From the IMG/VR virus record IMGVR_UViG_3300042691_051382: DNA of 64,000 nucleotides, one strand, 5' to 3'. Made by a program: the position numbers and the translations under genes. Under the pieces are notes generated by a model. It made no database searches. It was not told the origin of the DNA and saw only the letters and a list, made by a program, of their open reading frames with translations. Positions 10,703-22,194 of the stretch are shown here, in pieces. Each line of letters opens with the position of its first letter. Within the stretch, counting starts at the first letter, position 1. The DNA is from a virus.

Positions 10703-10933
10703 TTAACCCACTCCAATCCAATTATCTTGATAATAAATGTAGAATTTGCCTTCTTCGCTGTTGTACCAAATCTTGCCTTCGTAGTTTCCGCTGGTTGGTT
10801 TGGTGGTGGAGATTTCGGTGGCAACCAAAGTTGGCAGATACGCGTTCCAAGCCATGCCGTCCCATTGCCAATTGCTGTTGCCTTCTTGATATATTTGACC
10901 AACTGTTGGGTTGTTTGGAAATGCGAGTGCCAT
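10703..10933 (-). CDS. small virion protein (FPNNPTVGQ...WQWDG.AW)
   Basis: Motif common at the N-terminus of T4-like fibre proteins; C-terminal GKIWYN...YIYY...WIGV. Confidence 0.7.
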   Translation of the reverse strand: MALAFPNNPTVGQIYQEGNSNWQWDGMAWNAYLPTLVATEISTTKPTSGNYEGKIWYNSEEGKFYIYYQDNWIGVG

Positions 10934-10942
10934 GGTTGCTCC

Positions 10943-12208
10943 TTAGATGATGTCAAACCAACTCAGGTCAACCGAAATATCGGTGTTTGACTGAAATGCT
11001 CGCATCGCAACAGTCAGAACATCACTGGTTCCTGTTGATCCCGTGATGCTCGTTTGCGTGCGTCCAAGTTGAAAGTTGAAGTCGTTGATCGTCGATATGA
11101 TAAGCGATCCCGTCGAGTCGAAGAATCCTCCGATGATGTCGGTTCCTCCCGTCAAACTTGTGGCGGAAAGATCGTAATCCACGTTTCCGATGGGATGCGT
11201 CTGCCAAGAAGCACCCGAAATCGAAGCATTTTGAAGAATACGATATTCAACGGTTCGTGTTCCCGCCGCATTATTGGAAGACGTAATGAGCGCACTGATG
11301 TTTGATGGAACCACCACGCTGTCAAGACGGTTTTGGTTGAGTCGAATTGAAACCAAGGGAATCAGGTTGGTCGTGGAAATGCTGGTCCGAGGAATTCCAT
11401 CGGTGCTTACGTTTGATCTGCGGCTGAAACCTTCGTATCCTGCTTCGCTCATCACCGACGAGCAAATCTGCTTCATCGTAGCACCAGTGATTCCCTGTCC
11501 GCCCACGGTTCCAGTGATTCCCGTTCCGATTGATTCGATTTCGTAACGAATCGGAAGAACCGCAGTGGCCATATAGGTTGTTGGATTGATGTTGTCGTTG
11601 TGAAACGTGTGTGCTATGACTGGACGACCATCCACAAAAAATCCTGTTCGTATATCGCCCACACCCAACCATTCAACATCCGTCCAAAAAATGTTTGCGC
11701 CAGTGACACTCAACACTCGACCGCTTGCACCGTTGCCGTCAAATGTATCGCCGTTCCAATTGGTTTGTTGAATGCGTCGAGTTGTGCTGTCAACGGTTCC
11801 TGTAACATTTGAGCGAATAACCATGTATGCGGTCAAACCGTCTTGCTCGAAATACACGCCATTTTTCTCGCCAAAATATCCCACTCGCTGACGAAGATTT
11901 TGGTGCGGTGTGTTCATCACGAATGTGTTCAAATTCAAAAGAGATTTGCCGGGTTGATATGGAAACACTCGTTTGGTTTCACGATACACCAACGATCCAG
12001 CCGTCAAGCCGATTCGCATGTGTATGCTGCTTTCGTTGGGCATGTGATGGTGTGTTCCGCCGGTTGCGGTCAATGTGCTCCATTTGTCGTTTTCTTGATA
12101 ACGATGTTGCGAATCAAAAAGTGTGAACGGTTGCGACACGCGCAAACGGCTAAACGCATCAACAGAATCTGCTCTGAATCCAACCAAATCGTTGAACAAG
12201 TAACTCAT
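10943..12208 (-). CDS. virion structural protein (beta-rich, [14 protein letters not shown] family)
   Basis: True start is ATG 12208 (ATGA overlap, GGAG SD); YQPGKS, RVGYF...[14 protein letters not shown] motifs. Confidence 0.75.
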   Translation of the reverse strand: MSYLFNDLVGFRADSVDAFSRLRVSQPFTLFDSQHRYQENDKWSTLTATGGTHHHMPNESSIHMRIGLTAGSLVYRETKRVFPYQPGKSLLNLNTFVMNTPHQNLRQRVGYFGEKNGVYFEQDGLTAYMVIRSNVTGTVDSTTRRIQQTNWNGDTFDGNGASGRVLSVTGANIFWTDVEWLGVGDIRTGFFVDGRPVIAHTFHNDNINPTTYMATAVLPIRYEIESIGTGITGTVGGQGITGATMKQICSSVMSEAGYEGFSRRSNVSTDGIPRTSISTTNLIPLVSIRLNQNRLDSVVVPSNISALITSSNNAAGTRTVEYRILQNASISGASWQTHPIGNVDYDLSATSLTGGTDIIGGFFDSTGSLIISTINDFNFQLGRTQTSITGSTGTSDVLTVAMRAFQSNTDISVDLSWFDII

Positions 12209-13761
12209 ATGATTCTCCAACCAGCGCGATAGATAAAGTGTAAAGCTCCGTTGCTGATGTTTAAAATAGCGGAATTTTGGTTGTCGATTGTGTCGGCTGC
12301 GGTTGCTCCAACAATCGTTATTGCACGATGCACGCCATCGCCAGCGTGTCCCGATTCGTCTTTCACAACCACTTCCATTCCGGTTTGTGCGCCAGACGGT
12401 AGTGTCACAGTGCAAGTTCCGGTGCGATTCACACCAATATAATAATCCAAAAGCGTAGCTGAATATGTGGCTCCGGTTACGCTAACGGTTGACATCACCG
12501 AAGCAACTGCTTTGTTGGGCACAGCCGGTTGCAACCAAACATACGAACCACCCGTACCAGCCGGAGCATACGTGTACTCGATGCCCGAGTCGCTGTCCAT
12601 CCAACGACTACCGCTGGTTATGCCGTTGGTTGGTGCGTTGGAACCGTATGTAAAATCGTTTGCGTGTATCGATACGGTGTTGGTCGTCGGATCCGTATAA
12701 AGATCCACATGATAACCAGCTTCGAGTGTGAGCGTTTCGGCAACGTATGCCACAGCCGTGAGACCGCTTTGACCGCTCACCGAAACAAATTTGAAAGCTT
12801 CTCCAACGCCACCGCCACTCGAAACCATCGAGCCACGATTGCTAAAATACTTTTCAAAAGTTCGCGTGTCGAGTTTCAGGTGTTTTTTGCTGCGATCGTA
12901 AACAAGTGGGTACGCAGCATCCAACAAACCCGTTTCGCCCTGCGGACCTTGTGGTCCAGCTTCACCCTGCGGTCCTTGCGGTCCAACTTCGCCTTGCGGT
13001 CCTCGAGGTCCAGCTTCGCCGGGTTCGCCGTCTTTTCCATCCGCACCATCGCGACCATCCGCACCTTGCGGTCCAGCTTCACCCTGTGGTCCTTGTGGTC
13101 CAGCTTCACCCTGCGGTCCTTGCGGTCCAACTTCGCCTTGCGGTCCAGCTTCACCCTGTGGTCCTTGAGGTCCAGGTTCACCCTGCGGTCCCTGTGATCC
13201 TTGCGGTCCTGCTTCGCCCGGTGGTCCTGGTTCTCCCTGCGGTCCTTGAGGTCCAGCTTCACCCTGTGGTCCTTGCGTTCCCGGTTCGCCCTGTGGTCCT
13301 TGGATTCCCTGCTTGCCTTCGGCTCCAGCTTCACCCTGCGGTCCTTGCGGTCCTTGAGGTCCCGGTTCGCCTACTACACCAGCTTCACCTTGCACACCAC
13401 GCGGACCAATTGGTCCGATTCTGCCGATTGCACCATCGGTTCCGTTGCGACCGTCCTTTCCGGGTGGTCCAGCAGGACCTTGCGGACCCATGGGTCCTTG
13501 AATCGTTTGTGGTTGAGTTTGTTCATCAACCACTGTGGGAAAAACAAAATATTCCAGCAGTTTTTCGGAACTGCCGTAAAAAACAACCGACTCGCCGTGG
13601 CGATCGATCGTGTACAACCGATTGTTGCCTTCATCGAGACGATGTTCGGTGGGAAAAACACAAAGCTCTTCGGATACAATGTCAAAAAAACTGTTGCCGC
13701 TGTATTGTTGCAGCGGTTTTTTGAGATAGCAGCGCAACGTTTGATTGCTGCGTTTAGTCAT
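12205..13761 (-). CDS. collagen-like fibre protein
   Basis: About 190 aa of uninterrupted Gly-X-Y (GPQ/GEA/GEP); C-terminal DYYIGVN...VTLP...VKDESG domain. Confidence 0.88.
   Translation of the reverse strand: MTKRSNQTLRCYLKKPLQQYSGNSFFDIVSEELCVFPTEHRLDEGNNRLYTIDRHGESVVFYGSSEKLLEYFVFPTVVDEQTQPQTIQGPMGPQGPAGPPGKDGRNGTDGAIGRIGPIGPRGVQGEAGVVGEPGPQGPQGPQGEAGAEGKQGIQGPQGEPGTQGPQGEAGPQGPQGEPGPPGEAGPQGSQGPQGEPGPQGPQGEAGPQGEVGPQGPQGEAGPQGPQGEAGPQGADGRDGADGKDGEPGEAGPRGPQGEVGPQGPQGEAGPQGPQGETGLLDAAYPLVYDRSKKHLKLDTRTFEKYFSNRGSMVSSGGGVGEAFKFVSVSGQSGLTAVAYVAETLTLEAGYHVDLYTDPTTNTVSIHANDFTYGSNAPTNGITSGSRWMDSDSGIEYTYAPAGTGGSYVWLQPAVPNKAVASVMSTVSVTGATYSATLLDYYIGVNRTGTCTVTLPSGAQTGMEVVVKDESGHAGDGVHRAITIVGATAADTIDNQNSAILNISNGALHFIYRAGWRII
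12930..13500 (-). repeat. 9-bp-period collagen coding repeats
   Basis: ggtcc(t/a/c) recurring with a 9-nt period. Confidence 0.85.
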
Positions 13762-14347
13762 TCAAAAAATCGTTCCAGTTTTTAGAATATTGAAGATCGT
13801 GCTCGGTGAGCGGATAGCTTATCAAGTTGTTTTTTCGAAAGTGATACTGCACATCTTCGTTGATTGCCACTTCAAGACCATGCATGGTTGTTTTTTTACC
13901 GTAGATTGTGCCGAGTATTTGTTGAAAACGCGTGACGCTTGCTTCTTCGTTGACTGTTTGCACGTTTTCGTTGCTCAACACGCGAATTGTGTTGCCGTTG
14001 GTGTAAACAGCACTGAAATTTTTCAGCTGATAGTAAGCATCGCTGATGGTTTCACGAAAATCCTGCGAGCGCACATGCGATTTTTTGGTGACAACATAAA
14101 TGCGACCATGTGCATTTTTGTTGCTGATGGCTACCGGATACAAACTGCAACGATTTTCTTGAAAATACGAACGTATTGTTTCGTTTTCTCGACGTGCGTT
14201 GAGATTGGTTGGAGCAATCAAAACATATTCAAGATTTGGGCGTTCAAACAGCAGTTTTTCAAGCGATGTAAACGATACAACCGTTGCGTCCGAATCGATC
14301 CAGTCGGGCGTGTGCGATTCGCCCATGTATTTCTTGAAAGGTATCAT
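13754..14347 (-). CDS. hypothetical protein ([10 protein letters not shown] start typical of T4-like late proteins)
   Basis: AGGAG SD; CTAAATA late-type motif upstream. Confidence 0.65.
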   Translation of the reverse strand: MIPFKKYMGESHTPDWIDSDATVVSFTSLEKLLFERPNLEYVLIAPTNLNARRENETIRSYFQENRCSLYPVAISNKNAHGRIYVVTKKSHVRSQDFRETISDAYYQLKNFSAVYTNGNTIRVLSNENVQTVNEEASVTRFQQILGTIYGKKTTMHGLEVAINEDVQYHFRKNNLISYPLTEHDLQYSKNWNDFLND

Positions 14348-14367
14348 TGCAGTTGCTCCTACGCATG

Positions 14368-14706
14368 TTATTTAGTCACTTCAGGATCAACCGTAATTGT
14401 TCCTTGCAACTGACGCACAACTTTTCCGGTTGGAAACGCAAGTTCAATGTCGTAAACATAACGACCCGGCTTGAGCGCAGCAGTGTTGGTTGCACCAAGT
14501 GTGAAAGTTATGTTGCCGGTTGCTCCTGTGACACCAACGCTGAATGAAGTGCTGGTCAAAGAATAGTAACTGCGTCGCAATTGACCGCTAGCAGTGTATC
14601 CACTACCGGCTGTGATGCTCAGAGCTGTTCCGTTTTCGTCGGTTGCAGTGATAGAATAACTAAAACTGCTGCCTTGATCGATAAAAATATTTTTTGTGGT
14701 TGCCAT
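14368..14706 (-). CDS. conserved virion protein (NIFIDQG..F...GRYVYD...G..TV.P.VT family)
   Basis: Motif pattern common in T4-like cyanophage-type tail regions. Confidence 0.8.
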   Translation of the reverse strand: MATTKNIFIDQGSSFSYSITATDENGTALSITAGSGYTASGQLRRSYYSLTSTSFSVGVTGATGNITFTLGATNTAALKPGRYVYDIELAFPTGKVVRQLQGTITVDPEVTK

Positions 14707-14708
14707 GT

Positions 14709-17700
14709 TTATACCATTCTAGTAATCATGATACTACCGATTCTTGCTTTTTGTGGTTCGTTATAAACATTAGTATAGAAATTCAAAGTAAATTTTCCAC
14801 CAGAAACAATTTTGACTATCCCTTGGAATGTCTTAAAATCTGGATTTGGGGGATTTTCACCCATAATATGAAACGGTCTACTTCTAGAAACTTGATTTAA
14901 ACCTGAATCGTATCCTAGAATTAAACAAGATATCACACTATTGGTTCCATCTGAGTCGCAACTCATATTTACTGTTAGTGAGTATATACCTGGTTCGATG
15001 CTTGCATTTGTATTGCTATTTTTCGAGTTCCAATTACCTATATCAGTGGTAATCTTACGCAAATAATAAGTGTTTACTGTTGAATCAAATGAAGGAAGAG
15101 TGCTGTTAGTACCAGTAACACCTAGAAATCCAGTCGCAGGTTCCGGATAATCAGAACTTTCGTCGTCAGGGCTAAACTGATATATCAAATTTTTACTGTC
15201 TACATAATACTTGTTGGCGGCTTGATCGTCCGCAACCGGAGCCGTAAGACCCGTTATTTTACCTATGTTCGAAACGCCAGGATTTGCAGTATCAATGAAA
15301 GACAGAACTGGCGATGGTTTTCCAAGATTGTTGCTGCTGCCTTCGACTGTAATAGTGCTGATCATCGGATCAACAGCAAATGTTACCGAACTGTGACCGG
15401 TTCTGTTTCCAGCCGCACCCGAGTGAGTCAATCCGTCGCCGAAAACGGTAAAGTCGCCGTACAAATGCGTTTCGCAAGCACTGTCTCTGATTCCGTTCAA
15501 ATTATTTTGATCGTATTTTACTTTGAGAATGCTTGTTTCGGAACCAGGACGCGTTGCGAGAGCCGTTGAGTCGTGACGCACGTCCCAATCGTTTGTGGTT
15601 CCAACAAATTTAATTGTTTTGTCGCTGGTGTCGGAATAATATTTGGATGTGGCGTGACTGTCGTTGGTTATGCCAGCCGTCAAACTAAGACCAAAAATTG
15701 TTCCGATTGTTGGACCGGTTGTTAAACCGTTTGAAAAACTCAAAACTGGAGCCGGTCGAGTCAATGTAAGAGCACTTCCGGTTCCACCAACAATCGTAAC
15801 GGTGCTTATGTTTGGACGAACAAGGAAAGTTTCACCGTATCTTGGTGCGCTTGTGAATCCATCGGATGTAAGACCGTTTGCGTACACATAGAAATCACCA
15901 CGAACTGTAACTTCGGTGTTGGAACCACCGCTTTGAAGCGGCGACTGATCCGCGTACACACTCAAAATGGTTCGCTGTTCTTTACCGCTACCAGCAACAC
16001 CGGTTGCTGCTATGATGTTGAAAGAGTTGGATGGTACCGTTTCGCTGATTGCGTTGTTTGAAGCGGCTGTTAATGTAAATACTGGATAGTTTAAAGGATG
16101 ATAACTATTGTCGTGGTTGTGACCCGTCAATATGGTTGCGCCAGTATTAGCTTTGGCGCGAATTATATAATGCGTAACCAAATATGGCGAGTGATTGTCG
16201 ATCGGCGAACCGGTGCTTGCGACACCATCCGACGATACGCTGGTGATGAGTTGCTGCGATCCGCTTGATATTGTTGCAAACACAGAAGTTGTGTTGTGCA
16301 AGTGTGGCGGCAAACTTCCGGGACCGATTTCGATTGTTTCGGCTCCACCAAATTCACCGCTATTGTAAGCACTGAGACCAACGCTTGTATAGTTTGCGCT
16401 GCCGGTGCTTCCACCGAGTGGAGTGCGTGTGCGAAGATCCGGAACAAAGAACAATCTTTCGCCACTTGAATTGGTGGTTGGCACCAAACGATAGCTACCA
16501 GCGGTTGTAACACTCACAGAAGTTGCAGAGAAAGTTATGGCTCCTGTGGTGGCATTTGCACCCGAAACAGTAATTTCGGTTGTTATTGCACCAACAGTAA
16601 CATTGAACTTTTGCCCAACTTGAATCGAGCGTGTACCACCAACAACCGTACCGGTTGTTACGGTTCCTGCCGCAAGAGTTATGCGAGCATCGTAAGTTGT
16701 TCCGATTGTGTTGTAAAGTTCCGGATAATCAACCGCACGGTACACGTCGCCATCGCAAAGCAACCATTCGTCGGTGAGAGTGCTGAGACTACCAGCGTAT
16801 GGATAGATGCTGCCAACTGGAACCAAACCGTACAAATAAACTTGATCGGTTGGCGTTGGAACTTTGGTACCAACATAATCCAAAACGTAACCTTGAGTCG
16901 CACTCAAAGCCAACAACAAAGGCTTGCGAATTTGACCAGAGACAATACGAGTGGCAGCAGCATAATCCGGATCGGCTATGAGTTTGCCGCGATTTGATGC
17001 GGATGCACCAAGGAAGTAAACATTTCCTGCGGTGAATCCAGCACCTTCGAGTGTCATCGAACCGCCGCTGATGCCGTCTATTTTACCTTGATGTGTTACT
17101 GTAAATTCGCTGCTCGAATGCACTGCCGAAACAATACCAACCGCTTCACCAAGTTCTGCGGTAGTGGCAACAGCTGCTGTGAAACCTCCGGTGCTTGGAA
17201 TAACTCGAACCGCCATACCAAACGTCAAACCGTGACTTGCTTGAACGTAACGGCGACGAACCGCATCGGCATTCAAAAAGTCGCCGTTGATTTTTCCGGT
17301 AGAATCCGCCACAGGAATTGTGTACGCTGCAGCGGTTGTGCTTGCGTGCGCACCATCCAACAAATCGGCGTTGAAGTTTTTAGCATAGTTGTTGACGGTC
17401 ACACCCGAATATGTTGTGCCGCTTGCTCCGGGAGTAATCAAGAAACTTTCGGTCACACCACTTACACCGGTGGTTCCAGTAGAAAACACAAGATAATTGT
17501 CGGCAGAACGCTTGCTGATTTTCCAAGATCCACCGGTAAATGTCAACGGAACCGTTTGCGTGCTGGTTTCAGCAAGGAAAATATCGGCATTTCTGCCGCT
17601 TTCGGCTGTGAATATAAATTCTGATTGACTTATTCCGGTATAACCATATGAACGATACACGCGTGAAATGATACCGTACGTGTCGCCATTCACACCGATG

Positions 17701-18713
17701 TTGCTATTGGTTTGCCAACTATCGTAATAAGCACCCGTATCGTTGTCGGTCCAAATCCAAAGCAGCGACTTGTCGCCTTCGCTGCCTTTGAGAACAATAC
17801 CACCTTCATCGAGATTGATGTTGTTTAAAAATGCACTGGTTATACCACCAAGCGATTCGTAGAGATAACGAGTCGAACCGGTGGAACTCAAGCTGATATA
17901 GCCGGTGGCTCCAAAGTTTTCTGGACCGTAAGCATTTTGATTGTACAAACTACCAAACAAAGATCCAATCACAAGCGTGCCGGTTGGACCGGCTGCGTTT
18001 CCTGTGAACGATTGAATGTGACCATAAAATGCTGATGTTACTGTGGTAACATCCGTGAAATAATAAGCAGTTGGACCACCCGTAAGCGGGAACGTGCCGC
18101 TGGTAACACCCGTCATACCCAACGGTATTGCTTGTTGATAAGCGAGTTCGATTTGTTTGTCTTCGATTCGCAGATCGTTGGCAGCAATAAAAGTATTGCT
18201 ACCGTATGTGCTCAGATTTCCAAGAATCACCACGTTTCCGCTGATCGTAAGAATATCCATTGCGACTTCTGGCGGCAACATGTAGCGAGCCTGAACTTTC
18301 TTGGCCACACCCTCGCCACCAACACTAACATCGTTTACGATATATTCGTCGCTTGAAGCAACACGGTTGCTGCTGCCGCTTGGACCAGTACCACTCAAAA
18401 CTCTACCGTAATCATCAAAATAACGGAAATCCACAACCGTTCTGGATTCGCCACCGAGACTTTCGTAAGCGATACCGGGACCGGGATTCAATCCAATGGT
18501 GATAACACCGTTGTAATTGCCAGCCACTTCGCCGGTGTATTTGGCGAGACCTGCTCCAGTTTCAACCGCAGTGGTTCCTGCGCCAACATCCAGGTCGTAC
18601 ACCTGCAACGGATTGATGCTATCAACAATTTGATTGGTACGATTCAACCATGTGTTGAACGTATCGGTAAGCACGAGCGTATTAAGATTTACTAAATCAC
18701 CTGTTGTTGGCAT
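14709..18713 (-). CDS. long tail fibre protein with tail-collar domain
   Basis: N-terminal DTFNTW..RTN; VPVGSIYPYAG..WLLCDG...YPELY..IG and VPDLR collar motif; duplicated GDF.V..(N/D)GLT modules. Confidence 0.85.
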   Translation of the reverse strand: MPTTGDLVNLNTLVLTDTFNTWLNRTNQIVDSINPLQVYDLDVGAGTTAVETGAGLAKYTGEVAGNYNGVITIGLNPGPGIAYESLGGESRTVVDFRYFDDYGRVLSGTGPSGSSNRVASSDEYIVNDVSVGGEGVAKKVQARYMLPPEVAMDILTISGNVVILGNLSTYGSNTFIAANDLRIEDKQIELAYQQAIPLGMTGVTSGTFPLTGGPTAYYFTDVTTVTSAFYGHIQSFTGNAAGPTGTLVIGSLFGSLYNQNAYGPENFGATGYISLSSTGSTRYLYESLGGITSAFLNNINLDEGGIVLKGSEGDKSLLWIWTDNDTGAYYDSWQTNSNIGVNGDTYGIISRVYRSYGYTGISQSEFIFTAESGRNADIFLAETSTQTVPLTFTGGSWKISKRSADNYLVFSTGTTGVSGVTESFLITPGASGTTYSGVTVNNYAKNFNADLLDGAHASTTAAAYTIPVADSTGKINGDFLNADAVRRRYVQASHGLTFGMAVRVIPSTGGFTAAVATTAELGEAVGIVSAVHSSSEFTVTHQGKIDGISGGSMTLEGAGFTAGNVYFLGASASNRGKLIADPDYAAATRIVSGQIRKPLLLALSATQGYVLDYVGTKVPTPTDQVYLYGLVPVGSIYPYAGSLSTLTDEWLLCDGDVYRAVDYPELYNTIGTTYDARITLAAGTVTTGTVVGGTRSIQVGQKFNVTVGAITTEITVSGANATTGAITFSATSVSVTTAGSYRLVPTTNSSGERLFFVPDLRTRTPLGGSTGSANYTSVGLSAYNSGEFGGAETIEIGPGSLPPHLHNTTSVFATISSGSQQLITSVSSDGVASTGSPIDNHSPYLVTHYIIRAKANTGATILTGHNHDNSYHPLNYPVFTLTAASNNAISETVPSNSFNIIAATGVAGSGKEQRTILSVYADQSPLQSGGSNTEVTVRGDFYVYANGLTSDGFTSAPRYGETFLVRPNISTVTIVGGTGSALTLTRPAPVLSFSNGLTTGPTIGTIFGLSLTAGITNDSHATSKYYSDTSDKTIKFVGTTNDWDVRHDSTALATRPGSETSILKVKYDQNNLNGIRDSACETHLYGDFTVFGDGLTHSGAAGNRTGHSSVTFAVDPMISTITVEGSSNNLGKPSPVLSFIDTANPGVSNIGKITGLTAPVADDQAANKYYVDSKNLIYQFSPDDESSDYPEPATGFLGVTGTNSTLPSFDSTVNTYYLRKITTDIGNWNSKNSNTNASIEPGIYSLTVNMSCDSDGTNSVISCLILGYDSGLNQVSRSRPFHIMGENPPNPDFKTFQGIVKIVSGGKFTLNFYTNVYNEPQKARIGSIMITRMV

Positions 18714-18745
18714 TTGCTAAATTCCTGTAATTTATCTTTATTTAT

Positions 18746-18958
18746 TTATTGTACACCGATCCAGTTATTGTCGTAACGAAGGTACAATTTGGAGTCTTGC
18801 GAGTTGATATTGAACCACATGCTACCCTGTGCAGCCGAAGTTGGAGCCGTAGCAGATATATAAAATTCAGAAAATGCAGTTGCGCCCGTTACTTCGGTTT
18901 CCGGTAACGGCTCGCGAGCAGCATTTATTTTTATTAAATCTTCGACTGAAACAACCAT
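18746..18958 (-). CDS. small virion protein
   Basis: APTSA.QGSMWFN...LYLRY...WIGV; similar to 10703-10933. Confidence 0.65.
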   Translation of the reverse strand: MVVSVEDLIKINAAREPLPETEVTGATAFSEFYISATAPTSAAQGSMWFNINSQDSKLYLRYDNNWIGVQ

Positions 18959-19947
18959 TATGTTATGTCTCCAACATCCGATGGAGATATTCCATTTGGA
19001 TTCAAATCTATTCTTGGTGCTAAGAAAGTCATATTTTTTTCACTCACTACGGTATATGTTCCTTTAACTTTGTGAAAAAAATCTCCGTTTGTTTGTACCC
19101 AACAATCGCCTTTTACCCATACCAAAACATTTCCTTCAACTTCAACATTCAAATTTTCGCCAATTTTGATATTGGCATCTTTATCAACATTTTCAAATTT
19201 TTTACCCTTGATTAATATTCTTTCATCGTTGTATATAATTTCATATTTTTTAGATACAATTTTATTTACAGTTGAACCATCTGGATGAATTTCCTGAAAT
19301 GTTCCCGAACGATGATATGTGTGAATTCTTTCGTGTTCGGGTGTATCGTCAAATTCTTGAATATGACCACTAGAGGTTTGATTTACGTGATTGTTTGGAT
19401 ATTCGGCAGCATAAGGCACATTAGGTTCATTCCAACGCTCACGATCGAATGGCGACACAACATCTTTTATTAAATTATCTGTTTTGGTTTTTACAACAGT
19501 ATTGTCTATTTTTTCGTTTCTTGCCAAACGACTCAAGTCCGATTCGGCAAAATGTGTTTCCAAAGGATACTTTTTGTCGGGATCCGCAAAACCGTCACCG
19601 ATACCAACACCTTGTATCAGAGGAATACCAGCAATCGAACCCAATATGATAGGTTCTTGAAAAAACTGCGGATCTCTAAAAAATCCAATCACCCAGCTGC
19701 CTTGCAACAAACCAGTTGGCGACTGGCCAACTTCGCTGATCGCAGCACTTGTGACCGGTTGAACTACCATAGCCCACGGCAAGTGATCGGTTGGAATGGC
19801 TCGTGTATCGGGATTATGGAATCCTAAAATACGCACACGGCAGCGACCGAGCTTCAAAGGATCGTTGATGTCTTCAATAACACCTTGCCACCAAACAAAT
19901 TGAGTGCCCATGAAATATGGACTAGATGGCGAATACGGTTCTTTCAT
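18958..19947 (-). CDS. baseplate central spike gp5 (no lysozyme domain)
   Basis: WWQGVIED..DP..LGRCRVR..G.H, LPWA, YP.N.V..T.SGH..EFDDTP..ERI..YH.SG, beta-helix C-terminus. Confidence 0.92.
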   Translation of the reverse strand: MKEPYSPSSPYFMGTQFVWWQGVIEDINDPLKLGRCRVRILGFHNPDTRAIPTDHLPWAMVVQPVTSAAISEVGQSPTGLLQGSWVIGFFRDPQFFQEPIILGSIAGIPLIQGVGIGDGFADPDKKYPLETHFAESDLSRLARNEKIDNTVVKTKTDNLIKDVVSPFDRERWNEPNVPYAAEYPNNHVNQTSSGHIQEFDDTPEHERIHTYHRSGTFQEIHPDGSTVNKIVSKKYEIIYNDERILIKGKKFENVDKDANIKIGENLNVEVEGNVLVWVKGDCWVQTNGDFFHKVKGTYTVVSEKNMTFLAPRIDLNPNGISPSDVGDIT

Positions 19948-21260
19948 TATGTAAACTCCACTTCTTTCTTCTCGGGATAAGCCAACGGCAACGAATCGCG
20001 TTCGAGATGCAAACGCATTTTGTAATAAAATTTAGAAATCATATGTGTTATTTGCGTAACAATATAATTACCCGACAAATAAGGATCGTAAGTTTCCTCG
20101 GTACCTCTACCCGGCTGCGATGAAGGTATATTTACCTTTATCACTTCGCCCACTCTGCGTTGCGAATCGCCAGCAACCAATATGGTCAATTGAGAGTTTT
20201 CCATTTGCGACAAATGAGCATTTCTTTCCAAAACCATTTTGTCGTAATCGTCATTAACTTCCATGTTGTCGTAAGCGTATGTGTGCCGTGGATACATTCT
20301 GTAGTGCGACAAGTTGTAGTTGCTAAATCGATCGTTGGTTTTTGGTAATATTCCATTTTCGTATATTGTATTTATTTTATTAAAATCGGTGTTGTAAGAA
20401 AATTTAATTGCATTGACCGTCTTGAAAGTGGTGTCGTGCAACAACAACATCGATCCATAAACACCGTTTGTAACATTGTTGATGGTGTTGTTTCCGCTAA
20501 CTATCTCGTATGTCTCGATACGATAAAATTCTTTCTCGATATCTTTTAATATCAACGGATCACGATCTTCGGATGTGTTGGGTCTGAACCATGTGTACTC
20601 AACTTGCGGAACACGATTTATTGCATAGTAATTGATGTTGCAAAAATAAAACCCGTCCAGATCTTCATAAAACATGTAAGATTTGTCGCGTGAATTGTCG
20701 GCGACCGATTTCACTGCTATCATGTCGATAGCATCGATCGGCGACATATACGGAACAATTAAATTTTTGTTATCGAGTGTCGGTTGAACAACAAGGTTCT
20801 TGGAAGTATTGAGATTTTGAACAAATATCTGCTTGACCATGTCGGAATATTTCATGTCACGAAGTGAAATAGAAATTTTCTTTTTGGCTGCAGTTACAAA
20901 TTCTTCCGACACAAAATGTAATCTATAGAGAACCGAACCCTTGTTGGTTTCGTCTTCCATTCGTGCATCGGTTTTGTAGCAAAAAAACTTTTTTTGCACT
21001 TTTTCGGGACGGCTTGGAGTGACGAAAGAAATAGTCACATGCTCGTTGCCAATGATCGGCAAGTTTCTTATGAGATTGAGATTGTCGGCAACGTGCAAAT
21101 AACCCGACAAACAATTATAATTCATTGATTCATTTATAACAATTTCTGTTATGTGATTGCTTATGTCAATTTGAAAACCATTGTACGAAGTCAAAACCAC
21201 CATTTCGATTTGGCAGCTTCCGGGATTTATTATTTTATTGTTTCTATTGTTGTCTGTCAT
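19947..21260 (-). CDS. baseplate hub protein (gp27-like, by position and motifs)
   Basis: Between gp53 and gp5; L...LPI.G.E, F(Y/F)E...GF.F, V.GDS...VG..I, SG.Y.V..I.H. Confidence 0.6.
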   Translation of the reverse strand: MTDNNRNNKIINPGSCQIEMVVLTSYNGFQIDISNHITEIVINESMNYNCLSGYLHVADNLNLIRNLPIIGNEHVTISFVTPSRPEKVQKKFFCYKTDARMEDETNKGSVLYRLHFVSEEFVTAAKKKISISLRDMKYSDMVKQIFVQNLNTSKNLVVQPTLDNKNLIVPYMSPIDAIDMIAVKSVADNSRDKSYMFYEDLDGFYFCNINYYAINRVPQVEYTWFRPNTSEDRDPLILKDIEKEFYRIETYEIVSGNNTINNVTNGVYGSMLLLHDTTFKTVNAIKFSYNTDFNKINTIYENGILPKTNDRFSNYNLSHYRMYPRHTYAYDNMEVNDDYDKMVLERNAHLSQMENSQLTILVAGDSQRRVGEVIKVNIPSSQPGRGTEETYDPYLSGNYIVTQITHMISKFYYKMRLHLERDSLPLAYPEKKEVEFT

Positions 21261-22186
21261 TTAAACAGTTTTTCAAATTGTTTTAAAATTGCTGGTAAAA
21301 ATTCTGGTCTTAAAACTTTAATATTGCGTTTAAAATCGTTCTCCATTTCTTCATTCATTCGATTGGTTATGGTGTTGTTTTGCGATCCATTTATATATTT
21401 ATTTAACATAAAATCGTTTGTGCCTGTCAATCCAACCGAACTCGAACTGGGCATACCATCTTTGTTGTTGTAAAAAATACTTTTTGTTGCGTATATGCGG
21501 TTGTCGTCGTATTCGTAATAATTTATTTTAGCATACGGATCCAAATAGTTGTTGAAGTCGTCAATAAAATGATGAACCGCATCGGCGTTATAGTTTACAA
21601 TCTTTTTGGGTGTGGCTTGAAACTCAATTTGATCGGAATTTTCCGAAACTGTAACATAAGAAGTGCTGAACGAACCACCTTGAACATTGTCCACCACCAA
21701 CTTTCTAAAAGTTGGATCCCATTCAACTATTGTTCCGGTGACTGTTTTGTTTCCTTGATTTTGCGTTAATGTGCCGCCAACCACAAAATGAGATTTGTAT
21801 GTGGTCAACAAAGAGTTTGTGCCGCTACGATAAAACTGAGTAGCTTCGGTTCCTACACAATCATAAAATATCGCCACACCAGGATATTTTACATATACAT
21901 AAGAATCTAGATCCTGCGATGACAGTGGCCAATCGTAATATGGATTGTAAATTTTGTTGGACATCAACACCACCCAATGGTAATCGGGTCGTTGATAAAC
22001 TCGTTCTGCAATGTGTTCGGGTTTTTCGCCATCTTTGATCAAATAATCAACATAGCATTTGTTTGAACGTTCAGGAAACGAATCCAAAAACTTGGCTGAG
22101 GTTAAAAGATTAACAACAGCCACCGCATTTGTTTGCTGCAGGTCAAACTTATAAGGTATGATTGAAAAGTTGTTAAAAAATGCCAT
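21257..22186 (-). CDS. baseplate wedge gp53
   Basis: LysM-like IKDGEKPE.IA..VY....HWVVL..N...P..DWPL; NE.KR.IKVL.P. Confidence 0.88.
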   Translation of the reverse strand: MAFFNNFSIIPYKFDLQQTNAVAVVNLLTSAKFLDSFPERSNKCYVDYLIKDGEKPEHIAERVYQRPDYHWVVLMSNKIYNPYYDWPLSSQDLDSYVYVKYPGVAIFYDCVGTEATQFYRSGTNSLLTTYKSHFVVGGTLTQNQGNKTVTGTIVEWDPTFRKLVVDNVQGGSFSTSYVTVSENSDQIEFQATPKKIVNYNADAVHHFIDDFNNYLDPYAKINYYEYDDNRIYATKSIFYNNKDGMPSSSSVGLTGTNDFMLNKYINGSQNNTITNRMNEEMENDFKRNIKVLRPEFLPAILKQFEKLFK

Positions 22187-22194
22187 AAAAATCC

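Noticed and set aside
7840-18713. Diversity-generating retroelement or invertible tail-fibre system
   Set aside because: No reverse transcriptase or invertase, and no TR/VR pair differing only at adenines was noticed; repeats are ordinary in-frame fibre repeats.
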